Below the pieces are notes generated by a model, which saw only the letters and a program-made list of their open reading frames with translations, was not told the DNA's origin and made no database searches. A DNA stretch of 63,954 bases, the filler included, from Stramenopiles sp. TOSAG23-2 (lineage: Eukaryota): assembly GCA_900128395.1 (NCBI GenBank). It is 3 parts of 3 records of this genome, joined end to end, with 100 filler letters (N's around TTAATTAATTAA, not from the genome) between each part and the next. Parts side by side here need not be neighbours in the genome. Positions count along the whole stretch, not along the records: positions 21,891 to 43,566 come from LT649530.1; 2 more parts are not named here. The stretch is one strand, 5' to 3'. Positions 23,925 to 34,277 of this stretch are shown here, one piece after another (position 1 is the first letter of the stretch; each line of letters begins with the position of its first letter). The position numbers and the translations under genes were made by a program.

Positions 23925-26900
23925 ATGGATTTTGATGGATTAGTGACAGAGCACTCATTTACATATCCAGAGCAAAATTATTCACACGAAGCAAGTGTAT
24001 TGATTGAAGATGACTTTTTTGTTGGCGACGTTGTTGAAATCTTCTCATCTCCAAAACGCACTTCACCGTCTCGATCCATTAACCGTGCTAGTGAACATCC
24101 TGATTTAGACCCCGAAATGCTACGAATAGTGGAAGAAGTAATTATGGCAGCAGAGGTTGCTGTGACGACTAACATGGACAAAACGAAAAGGTTTCATGGA
24201 CGAGTTATTCAAGGTAGAACAATGGTAAAGCTAAAAGATATTTTGCACATTTATAATAGGTATAAGGTAGAGCTATGTATAGACACTATCTTAGATTCAA
24301 ATCTCTACTCATTCCTGATGGATTTAGATTTGATACCGGAGCAAAATTGGTGGAGCAAGTTAGATACGGTATTAAATTCAGCAGGAAGCGTGACTAGAGA
24401 AATGTTAAAAAAAGAGGAAGTCGATACAGAAGAAAATAATGAGTTTGCAGAATCATATCACCAAATAACAATGATGCAAAATGTTTTTGAAAGCTGGAAA
24501 TCCACCGTTGCCTTGGGAAAGCGAAAAGTTGCAGCGCAGCCATTATTAGTGTTTTCTGCACTAAGGTGGATCCGCTCATCGTCTTTACCAATACAAATTT
24601 TATTTGATAGTAGGCGAAAAATATTAAAGAAACATGGTTTGCCACCACGTATATCTGATAGATTAGATATACCAACAGATGGTGGTTTAAAAACTGCATC
24701 TAAAGCAATGGGAGGGATGCACGCTTGGTTGATGAGAAAATTATTCTTAGCGTGGTATGAAAACACACAAAAAATTTTGGTACTTAGACTGAAATGGATC
24801 CGAAGGAAACGTAATTTGATTTTTAATGCATGGAAAGAATTTACAATAACAGAACAGTATCACAGACGTACGCTAGATGCTTGGGGGGATAGATGGAAAA
24901 GGCCATTTAAACGTTTTATGTTGCTTAAGTTAAGATATCGAGTAAAAGAATACAAACGCCAATTGGTTCTACATGCAGAATTAGCAAATGAAAGACGAAT
25001 AATGATGACAGCATTCTCAATATGGTATGATCAATGGGAATTGAAAAGACAATTGACTAGGTTCATAGCTAGATGGAAAAATATGGGTGTATTGAAAACG
25101 TTTGACCAATGGGTAGCTTACACAGAGGATCAAAAAGAATACAAAATGAAAATCAACAAATCAATGAGACGTTTAAAAAATAAGACGTTAACAAATGCAT
25201 TCGATGGATGGTATTCAGTTACATATGCAGAACAAGAGGAAAAAAGAAAATTTAAAAAAGTAACATCGTGGTTTTTAAAAGGTTCCATGACTAAAGCATT
25301 TAATAGCTGGGTAGCAAATGTACATAAGATAGTCCGAGAAAGAAGAGTTGTTGAAAGATTTATTTACAGATTGAAAACAAGAAATGCAAGAAAAGTATTC
25401 AATACGTGGTATGACACGATACACAAGTGGAAATATAATAGAACGATTGTTATTAAACATAGAAGATATCGAAATGAGATCTCATTAGAACGTCATTTTT
25501 ACATATGGTTTAAAGAAATTAGGGATGAACGTATTATAAGGCGTCATATTCGTATGAAAAATTGGAATAAAGCAATTGTTATATTTAATGAATGGAAAAC
25601 AGAAACAAAAGAATTAAAAGCTTTATATCGCAAACTAGCAAAGGAGCGAAGATATGCAACAAAGTTCAGAATCATTAGACATTGGCGTGTACGTGCTATA
25701 AAGTGGAAAACCAGAAAAAATTTGTTGAAACTAGGCGCAAAACACAAACGACAACAAGACATCCACCGTACTTTGATATTGTGGGATAAATATGCTAAAA
25801 ATAAACTAGTAATGAAAAAACGAAATGTTGAAGCACAGAAGTTTTTAAAACGTTTACATCGAAGACGTGTGTTCAAAGGGTTCGTGAATAATTTGACTGT
25901 AAGCCGTAGATTAAGAACATTTTTCATGCGTGGATTAATTGTGTTTAAGTTTTGGTCATTGCCTGACATGTTTTATGCTTGGCGTAAATACATTCGAAAT
26001 AAAAAAATTGCTGTCAGTATGTATATGACAAATTACAAAATATCAAAAGCAATAACTTTGTGGAGAAATAGATTGGAAACAACAAAAGAGCATAGAATTT
26101 ATTATAAAAAAGGTAAAAAAATATTGCTAAAAAATGTAAAGCGAAAGTATATGCAGAATTGGAAGTTGTATGTTCTGGAACAAATAGCTGGAAAAGATGA
26201 GCGTTTAAAGCGGGAAAAAAGTTATAAACGATACTGCAAAAAGACTACAGTTAGATGGTTACACGAGTATACGATAAATGTACGCTTATGGCGCTTGAAC
26301 ATGAAGAAAGCAAAGGCGTTCCAACGAAAATCCATGATAACGCTGTTCTTTAGAGAATGGTCTGATATAATTATATTGCATAATAAAACTAGTTCATTAC
26401 GTAATAAAGTTCAAAAAACGTATATGAAACAATATTTAAACACATGGAAAATATATATTGTAAATGTAAAGGAGGAGAACGTTCGACAACAAAAAGCTAT
26501 CATTTTACATGAAAAATTGAGTGTAAAAAACGCTCTACGATTCTGGAATAAATATACATCGGAATGCGTAAATCTATATAATGCTAATATTAAAGCAATG
26601 GAGTTGAACAGACTTCGAATATTACGTTTTGGATTTTATAATGGTTTTCGATCTGTTTTATTCAAGAAACGCATGATGATACAAGCAGAAGAAATCTATG
26701 ATGCAATGAGAAAAAAAGAAACTTTTAAACATTGGGTTAATTATTATAAACGGTGTAAACGCAATAAAAAAATTCTTAAATTCTTCGATCGTAGAACCAT
26801 GAGCAAACATTTCAGTGCATGGAAAAAATATTACAACAAGGCCATGAACGATAAAACCAAACTAAATAAAGCAATAAATAGTATGAAAGGTGTAAAACAA

Positions 26901-27320
26901 CACTTAGCAATCATGCAATGGCGAAAGTTTACACATCGAGCTATCGATGAAAAATTAATGCAAAAACATTACAATGCCTGTTTAAGATTTTTTAAATTAA
27001 ACAGACGCTTTCGTTATTTAAACAAGTGTTTATCATATTGGCATGGGATAGTTTTAAGACGCAAGTATGTAGACGCATGTTCCATCGTTGTTGCCCAAAG
27101 AAGAAGAAGGAAAACATTAGCAGAAATTTTCAATAGTTGGAGAAATATGGATAAAGATATTACATTTGGTATAATGGATCCTAGCCGTGATAGCAATAGC
27201 AGCAGTGCCAGTGGAGTAGATGATTATGACGACGACATTGAAATCGAGGAAAAAGAAATGGAAAGCAATGCTACTACAAAAAGCAATGTTGTATTTGAAG
27301 AACCTTTAAAAGAAGTTTAA
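23925..27320 (+). CDS. Sfi1-like centrin-binding repeat protein
   Basis: Basic helical protein with dozens of AFxxW/FxxWK repeats (e.g. KTFDQWVAY, NAFDGWYSV, KAFNSWVAN). ATG at 23925. Confidence 0.75.
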   Translation: MDFDGLVTEHSFTYPEQNYSHEASVLIEDDFFVGDVVEIFSSPKRTSPSRSINRASEHPDLDPEMLRIVEEVIMAAEVAVTTNMDKTKRFHGRVIQGRTMVKLKDILHIYNRYKVELCIDTILDSNLYSFLMDLDLIPEQNWWSKLDTVLNSAGSVTREMLKKEEVDTEENNEFAESYHQITMMQNVFESWKSTVALGKRKVAAQPLLVFSALRWIRSSSLPIQILFDSRRKILKKHGLPPRISDRLDIPTDGGLKTASKAMGGMHAWLMRKLFLAWYENTQKILVLRLKWIRRKRNLIFNAWKEFTITEQYHRRTLDAWGDRWKRPFKRFMLLKLRYRVKEYKRQLVLHAELANERRIMMTAFSIWYDQWELKRQLTRFIARWKNMGVLKTFDQWVAYTEDQKEYKMKINKSMRRLKNKTLTNAFDGWYSVTYAEQEEKRKFKKVTSWFLKGSMTKAFNSWVANVHKIVRERRVVERFIYRLKTRNARKVFNTWYDTIHKWKYNRTIVIKHRRYRNEISLERHFYIWFKEIRDERIIRRHIRMKNWNKAIVIFNEWKTETKELKALYRKLAKERRYATKFRIIRHWRVRAIKWKTRKNLLKLGAKHKRQQDIHRTLILWDKYAKNKLVMKKRNVEAQKFLKRLHRRRVFKGFVNNLTVSRRLRTFFMRGLIVFKFWSLPDMFYAWRKYIRNKKIAVSMYMTNYKISKAITLWRNRLETTKEHRIYYKKGKKILLKNVKRKYMQNWKLYVLEQIAGKDERLKREKSYKRYCKKTTVRWLHEYTINVRLWRLNMKKAKAFQRKSMITLFFREWSDIIILHNKTSSLRNKVQKTYMKQYLNTWKIYIVNVKEENVRQQKAIILHEKLSVKNALRFWNKYTSECVNLYNANIKAMELNRLRILRFGFYNGFRSVLFKKRMMIQAEEIYDAMRKKETFKHWVNYYKRCKRNKKILKFFDRRTMSKHFSAWKKYYNKAMNDKTKLNKAINSMKGVKQHLAIMQWRKFTHRAIDEKLMQKHYNACLRFFKLNRRFRYLNKCLSYWHGIVLRRKYVDACSIVVAQRRRRKTLAEIFNSWRNMDKDITFGIMDPSRDSNSSSASGVDDYDDDIEIEEKEMESNATTKSNVVFEEPLKEV

Positions 27321-27821
27321 AATTAGTCGTCTATTATTATTGTACCTTTCTCTGAACACCATACGACCTCGTAGATCTTCCCAGGTCCAAATCTCCGTTT
27401 TACTGTGTACCTGGGGTTATAATATACCACAGCTGGCCAGGTACAGTGTGTGTAAAAAAAATACATGATAATTTATGAGATAGTTTTTAGTTTTTTGTTG
27501 TAAACTCGATGATTTCAAATGATAGGATGGGAAGTAGAAAATGTAGTAAAAGAGTATGATATATTATAATAGCATCACAGCACCTATTATATTACAGTAG
27601 ACGACTATCTATAATTCAATTATACCACCACCTTAATTATCCTAATTGGACGTTATTAATAAAATTCAAATAATTCATAAAAAATTAATTATTTATAATT
27701 TTTTTGATGAGAAAGTACTAAATATATAAATATATGTAAGTACTAAGTAACAAGAATTTAAAACATCAAAGTATACATCCTGTAAATTACATCAGCAGTA
27801 CTATTAAACTAAACTATAATA

Positions 27822-30239
27822 ATGGCATCGGTACCTGCTAATGATAAAATAGAAGAAATTCAGGAGTCTGAGCAACTAGAAAATCCATATGATGTCCCAA
27901 CTCCGCTATTGAATATACGTAATCGTTCGCCGAAAACTACTAGAAAAAGCGAGAGAAACTATCCTCAAAATAGCCTGAAACAAATACAGTTAGGGCCTAG
28001 CATGCAGAAAGAAGAACATGATCATCCTGACGAGGTAAAATCTAGTTTGTGCCACGATATTTCTACACGAATATTGATTTTGTTATGCGATACTGATTTA
28101 GAAAATGCTTGTCATGCAATATTACGGAAAAGAGGAAAGGAGGAAGACCGACAAGGTTATTTACAATACCTTGTAAAGAGATTTATCTTTCCAACATTCC
28201 CTGCAATATTTTGTTGGATTTTGACCATAGTAGGGAAATCATCTTTTGTTTTATGTTCCTTTGTATCATCAATAGTTTGGTATTTGGTCTCTTTTTTATT
28301 GATTTTATATACTTTTTCAAATTTACATAATAGCGATGATGTCGTTAGCAATTATAGCGATAAAGCTAAAATTAAAGAAAAAAAAATACGTTCATCATCA
28401 TCTATTTTTTCCAATGCAACAAAATATTATTATAAGGAACATTATAATTTATTTAGCAACGAGAATATAACTTCGAATGCATTTCTGAAATGGTTGCAAG
28501 TATTGACGATATTATCCATAAGTGTAGTCTTTGTCGATCTGATGTTTACACATTTTATATTTATAGATAGTAAATTTAGTTTTGGATACTTCTTGGGAAA
28601 CTTGTTTTTTGGAATTATTGCATTTATTGCTTTGCCACTTTGGTTTTATATACAACGTAGACGCCGGGATTTATCAACTGCTAGTAAATATCAACCTTCA
28701 ACACCAATTGCTACAGTAAGCTACATCACTTTATTTCTTTGTTTAATTTGTTCGTATGTATCTTACAATACAGATAAAAATTATTGGGGATGGATAACAC
28801 CATTGTTTTTTGTACATATATTTGCAGTTTTATTAGATGCAAATAAAAACTTGCAGTATAATTTTCAATATGTCATTTTTTACTGTTCAGTTATGTTAAG
28901 AACTCCTGATTTTCTAGGACATGCTGTAATGCATTATCATGATATGATTGAATCATATTTTGCTGCATTAGATGAACACGAATATACGTTGCAAATATTT
29001 AAAGTTTTATTTTCATTAATCTTTTTAGTTGTGATGACTTTGTATGTTGTTGTATTAAAATTTGTAGTACAACGAATGTCTACAAAATATACATCATCAC
29101 GATTCTTATATGTTGGACAGTTGTATTATTACATGTTTTGGTACTTACTAATTGTAGAGGAGAAACCAACTGATTGGACGTTTTGGGCCATGCTTTTGTT
29201 ACAAAATTTAAATTATATATTGATGAATACTGGTGTTTATGAAGATCTAAATTCTTTGCGATTAATAGTATACAAAAAATGCGTCTTGGCAAATAGCAAT
29301 AGCAAGAAACGAAAACTTGGGAAAAGAAATAGTGATTTACCAACTGCAAATGATGAGGAACATGATAATAGTGTTGCTTCCTCTTCTTCCTCCTCTCAAA
29401 ATAATAACAAGAATAAAAACAATAGCAATACTGATGGAAACAATACCTCCTCTAATGATAATACTAATGATGAGAAAAATATATTGCAAAATGAAATAAA
29501 TGAACTACAATATCGTGTACAAGTAGCTGAAAACGATCATTTAGCTGATACGACTGCATTAATTGTGGTTGTTACTACAACTATATTGTGGGTCATTTTA
29601 GGGGAAAAAGACGTTATGGTGAAAGAATATAATCGACAAGTTTTAGTAGATGATGTTATTGGTGGAGGAGGTGGATTCGGTGAAGTAAAATTAATAGAAA
29701 TACATCAAAAAATTGCAATTGGAAATTTATTAATCCGATTTGTATGCACTTTTGTCTGTAGATTAATAAGCCAACGTATTTCACATTTAGTATTTGCATT
29801 GAAGGAACGTTGTTTGGAACGGCGAAATAAAGCACAAATAGCACAATCATCATCATCATCATCTTCTTCTAAATCATCACCAAAGACATCACGCAGACGT
29901 GGAAGAGATTCTTTGGCAAATTTACAATTTGGGGAAGCGAAAGAAATGGTCAATATTGCTTACGATGATAATAACGATGGTGATGATGATGAAGAAAAGC
30001 AGCACGGAAAGAGAACAACTAATGCCCCAAATAAAAGGAAACGAAAACAATATTTACATCGTGCTTCAACTGTACAAACAATGACAGGTGTGAATATACC
30101 AAAAGGTGCAGCTGCAATTATTTTAGAATTTGAAGACAGTTTCTGGTTCTTTTTATTGACATCTATTACAGTATCATTTTCGTGTTTACAATATATAAAT
30201 ATGCCAGTAAGATTAGCATTTTGTAGACAATATGGATAA
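27822..30239 (+). CDS. Multi-pass membrane protein of unknown function
   Basis: 805-aa ORF with more than 10 hydrophobic segments and Ser/Asn-rich loops. Confidence 0.75.
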   Translation: MASVPANDKIEEIQESEQLENPYDVPTPLLNIRNRSPKTTRKSERNYPQNSLKQIQLGPSMQKEEHDHPDEVKSSLCHDISTRILILLCDTDLENACHAILRKRGKEEDRQGYLQYLVKRFIFPTFPAIFCWILTIVGKSSFVLCSFVSSIVWYLVSFLLILYTFSNLHNSDDVVSNYSDKAKIKEKKIRSSSSIFSNATKYYYKEHYNLFSNENITSNAFLKWLQVLTILSISVVFVDLMFTHFIFIDSKFSFGYFLGNLFFGIIAFIALPLWFYIQRRRRDLSTASKYQPSTPIATVSYITLFLCLICSYVSYNTDKNYWGWITPLFFVHIFAVLLDANKNLQYNFQYVIFYCSVMLRTPDFLGHAVMHYHDMIESYFAALDEHEYTLQIFKVLFSLIFLVVMTLYVVVLKFVVQRMSTKYTSSRFLYVGQLYYYMFWYLLIVEEKPTDWTFWAMLLLQNLNYILMNTGVYEDLNSLRLIVYKKCVLANSNSKKRKLGKRNSDLPTANDEEHDNSVASSSSSSQNNNKNKNNSNTDGNNTSSNDNTNDEKNILQNEINELQYRVQVAENDHLADTTALIVVVTTTILWVILGEKDVMVKEYNRQVLVDDVIGGGGGFGEVKLIEIHQKIAIGNLLIRFVCTFVCRLISQRISHLVFALKERCLERRNKAQIAQSSSSSSSSKSSPKTSRRRGRDSLANLQFGEAKEMVNIAYDDNNDGDDDEEKQHGKRTTNAPNKRKRKQYLHRASTVQTMTGVNIPKGAAAIILEFEDSFWFFLLTSITVSFSCLQYINMPVRLAFCRQYG

Positions 30240-30650
30240 TAAAAGCCAGAATTTAGAGAGCGAAAAGAGTTGATTTTAAAAAGAGGTGAATTGTACGACG
30301 TACGAATATATATATATATATTTACATATATAAATAAGAGAATTTTTTATATATTTACATATATATTATAGGTTACGCATAATTTATTTTTTATAATTTA
30401 CTCAATGATAATTCCTTCGTACTCTATTATTTAAAAAAATCTCGCAAATTAAAAATGATTATATATTTTATATAATATAATATTATAATATATATATATA
30501 TATATATATAATATATATCTAGATAGACTATTTTATACGACGAACACTTTGTAACTTTTAAATTTTAACCACATCATCTACCACCACCGCACCGAGGATG
30601 GTATGATATATATGATATATACGAATATTAAATATGTAATATGGCACCAA

Positions 30651-31241
30651 CTATATCATATTCGTACTATGTTTACTCCAAGTTTGCATTTTTTCCATTT
30701 GTTTTTTATTTAATCTTTTAAAGATACCAGTTGTTTCCACAAGTATTTTTTCATCATCACCAGGATAAAATAATTTGCCATATGTATTAATATATTTCCC
30801 ATCATCACTGATACTTTTAATATATGCTACACCATGAATTTCTTGATTTAATTTTACAGGAAGATGATAACTAGTAGTGAATTCTTTTGTCATAACTTGG
30901 ATTTTATTTGCCCAACAACTTGTACCCATGGCTTCATCTAAAATGGACGCTGTCAATCCCCCATGGGCATGTAAAGGTGGCCCTTCACAAGTATCTCCAA
31001 AAAATGACTTGATGTAGAAAGTCTTTAACGATGGCATTTCTTCGTTATTATTCTCAGATACAAAATATTCATGGTGAACATCCTTATGTGACTTCAAAAA
31101 CGTTTTTTGAGCAGCCCGTTCATTTGCTACCCAGTATAAATCTTGTGCCTGCAATTTTTTATATTTATTCGGTGCATCAAATACAATCTCTTTTACATTT
31201 TTCGTAATAACAGTACCAGTAGTAAAATATCGTCGAAGCAT
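30651..31241 (-). CDS. HotDog-fold acyl-CoA thioesterase (THEM4/PaaI-like), probably mitochondrial
   Basis: GPPLHAHGGLTASILDEAMG motif and an MLRRYFTT N-terminus. Confidence 0.8.
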   Translation of the reverse strand: MLRRYFTTGTVITKNVKEIVFDAPNKYKKLQAQDLYWVANERAAQKTFLKSHKDVHHEYFVSENNNEEMPSLKTFYIKSFFGDTCEGPPLHAHGGLTASILDEAMGTSCWANKIQVMTKEFTTSYHLPVKLNQEIHGVAYIKSISDDGKYINTYGKLFYPGDDEKILVETTGIFKRLNKKQMEKMQTWSKHSTNMI

Positions 31242-31753
31242 CTTATTATTTATTATATACATATATATATATTTCGCTATTTAAATTATGTGTTGTAAAT
31301 ATATATATATACAATATATACTTCCATTCCCAATATCCAGGCAATCTATTATTTATTATTATTTTATTATTTTATTACCATTTATTTAATTCAAATAGTC
31401 TAATAATTGCAAAAAAAATAAATAATAAATGAGATGTGGAAAAAGGCTTTAATATTTTAATAATTGTTAATGCTATACCAAGTCATATTTTTATACTATC
31501 ACTGCAAGTATTATTAATCCGGCTACCGGCTTATTGTTAATTATTCTTTTTTTCCACCTTCTTTTTTCTATTTTTTTCTTCTCGAAGATACCACCACCAA
31601 TCTAGTAGGTGTTGTGGTTTTGGAGGTTGGTTAATAAGTATATATAAGTAGAAGATATGTAATATCAGCATAGAAAGAAGAAGAGAGCAAAAACTGTAGG
31701 ATAGATATGATAAATACGGAGATCATATATTTATTCATCATCATTAGAAAAAG

Positions 31754-32962
31754 ATGGAACCTATGATTATTAGAGAATGGATAATATGTTTATTACTTTT
31801 GATTGTTACAACATCATCATCGTTTGAATATTATTATTATGAAGAAGAGGAAGATTTTGGTGGTTACGGCGGTGGAAATCACCATCATTCTCATCACCAC
31901 TATCACCAGGAAGAAGAGCAAGTTGCAGAGCCAGATTATTATGCAGATTTGGGAATTTCTAAGACTGCCACAGCAAGGGAAATTAAAAAGAAATATAGGA
32001 TGTTAGCTTTGGAACTGCATCCAGATAAGCAGAAAAAACATGATTTAAGTGTACAAGAAAGATTTGAAAAAGTTCAAGCTGCTTATGAAGTTTTGAGTAA
32101 TCCTGAGAAAAGGGATGCATACGATGATACAGGCCTTAGTACCTTTACCTCTCGATGGGATTGGGTCAATGCTTTGCAACGCAGGGGAAAACAAGTAGAT
32201 AGCAGCAAAGGATTTTTCAAAGATTTAGATTTAATCACACAATTTACACCATCCAATTTAAATCATTTTTATCATCACCAACGTGACCCTTTTATAGTTG
32301 ATTTTTATGCTCCTTGGTGCTCGCATTGTTTAGATGTCGCACCGGCTATCCGATCAGTTGCAATTTCCTTAGATGCTGAAAATTCAAATATTAAAGTTGG
32401 TGCTGTGAATTGTGAACAATATGGTGATCTTTGCGGAGAGTTTAATATACATTCCTATCCAACATTGCAAATATTTTATGTTGATGAGGATGGAAATCGA
32501 CAACATGATAAATCTGCCAGTCATAATCCTGAAGAATTAATGCAATGGATAAAGCGCACAACTGAATCCAAGGTTGAAATTATAACAAGACATAATTTCA
32601 ATCAAAAAGTATTAAGATCATCTTCTTTATATATAATTTCATTTACTGCTGGACATTGGTGCGGACCATGTATGAGATTTCGTACTAGCTTTAAAAATGC
32701 TGCTTTTAATATGGATGTAGATGGTAAAGTAAAATTTGGACAAATTAATTGTGATCAAGATAAAAGATTTTGTCAAGAGTTTGATGTTGGTCACTATCCA
32801 TATCTGATCATGTACGGTTCTGGTAACAACAAAGTAAAAGAAAAATATATTGATTTAAATATCGATCATGTCAGTAATGGAGATATTTTGAATGTAATAG
32901 AACGTATTTTACCAATCGTTATTTCGTCGTCATCATCGGCCGTCGAACATAATGATTTGTAA
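31754..32962 (+). CDS. ER DnaJ-thioredoxin protein (ERdj5/DNAJC10-like, two Trx domains)
   Basis: Signal peptide, J-domain with HPDK, WCSHC and WCGPC active sites, C-terminal HNDL. Confidence 0.85.
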   Translation: MEPMIIREWIICLLLLIVTTSSSFEYYYYEEEEDFGGYGGGNHHHSHHHYHQEEEQVAEPDYYADLGISKTATAREIKKKYRMLALELHPDKQKKHDLSVQERFEKVQAAYEVLSNPEKRDAYDDTGLSTFTSRWDWVNALQRRGKQVDSSKGFFKDLDLITQFTPSNLNHFYHHQRDPFIVDFYAPWCSHCLDVAPAIRSVAISLDAENSNIKVGAVNCEQYGDLCGEFNIHSYPTLQIFYVDEDGNRQHDKSASHNPEELMQWIKRTTESKVEIITRHNFNQKVLRSSSLYIISFTAGHWCGPCMRFRTSFKNAAFNMDVDGKVKFGQINCDQDKRFCQEFDVGHYPYLIMYGSGNNKVKEKYIDLNIDHVSNGDILNVIERILPIVISSSSSAVEHNDL

Positions 32963-33012
32963 AAGAAAAAAGATACACGTAATGTAACAACTAATGTAAT
33001 TTTTAATTTTTT

Positions 33013-34083
33013 TTAAAGATCTTTTACAACACCACAAATTTCTTTGTTCTCTCCACATGCTGCTTTATACAATGACTTTAATGCAACAACAGCTTTTGAT
33101 GATTTATTTCTCTTCTCCAATGTATCAATCATAAGTTTTAAAGTTTGATCAACCCATAGACAATTTACTAAATATAATATTTTACATATATTGACATATT
33201 CCATAAATATCAATTCCTTCATTGTATTATTGCCATTATCATTTTCATTACTACATACAAGATTTGAATTGACAATTACACCCCTACAAACATTTGTTAA
33301 GATATTTTCTTTATGAGAATTTAAACACGGCCATGAGTATTCAATAATTGCTTTAAATGATTTTATTACTGCTAATTTTAATGGCAATGGCTCTTTTATT
33401 TCAACCCCTGACAATGGTCCTTCACTTATTAAACCATACAACCATGGAAACAAAATGGATGCATACTTTATAATATGAATTTCACTGGAACGTATAAACA
33501 ACTCTAATTTACTAGCATAGATATAACGAACTTCTCTGACCGAGTGGATCGAATAATCGATCAATCGATCTAAAAAGCGAAAGTAATTTGGTCGTAAGGT
33601 CAATTTATTTTCTAGTTTCTCTGAAGCTTTAAAGGATACATCTAATGCTAATTTTAATAATTTCGGATTTCGTGTGGTTAATACTTTTAATAAAAATTCA
33701 TACATTGGTATATGGTACCATCTTAATTCTGTGTCTAGATTTTCATCGAGCACCTCTTGAAGTATTAACAGTGATAAGTATTGGACATCGTCATTAAACG
33801 AATCTATTCCTGGGAAACATGTATATGATAAAATCAATCCTAAAGCATCGCCTGTAGATATTTTTAGTTCTTTTCTTTTTTCATTAAATTCTTTCAAAAA
33901 TATTTTTGCATCATCAATCTTCAATATAACCTGATCAAATTGAGTTGTATCTGGAATTCTTTCCTTTTTGAATATACTCTTTATATATACATCATTTAAT
34001 AAAGTCGTCATTTCTTTAATTATATCGAAATGTATTTCATTTGTGTTTAGTTTTAGTATATTCAATACAACAGGTATGTACAA
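33013..34083 (-). CDS. ARM/HEAT-repeat protein, possibly TTI2-like
   Basis: Leu-rich helical ORF. FKAIIEYSWPCL resembles the TTI2 C-terminal WP motif as I recall it (unverified). Confidence 0.5.
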   Translation of the reverse strand: MYIPVVLNILKLNTNEIHFDIIKEMTTLLNDVYIKSIFKKERIPDTTQFDQVILKIDDAKIFLKEFNEKRKELKISTGDALGLILSYTCFPGIDSFNDDVQYLSLLILQEVLDENLDTELRWYHIPMYEFLLKVLTTRNPKLLKLALDVSFKASEKLENKLTLRPNYFRFLDRLIDYSIHSVREVRYIYASKLELFIRSSEIHIIKYASILFPWLYGLISEGPLSGVEIKEPLPLKLAVIKSFKAIIEYSWPCLNSHKENILTNVCRGVIVNSNLVCSNENDNGNNTMKELIFMEYVNICKILYLVNCLWVDQTLKLMIDTLEKRNKSSKAVVALKSLYKAACGENKEICGVVKDL

Positions 34084-34277
34084 CAGATAGTATTTATTAA
34101 TTGTAAATATATATGATTTAACAATGGATCAACAAAATAATGAGAAGAAGGACATAAAAATATAGGGAGGATATATAATATACAAAAAAACCAAAAAAAA
34201 ACAAAAATTAAAAAATTCTTTTTCATTTTACTAAACTCTTATCACAACCCACAATTTCACTTTCCCTCACAATCAGA

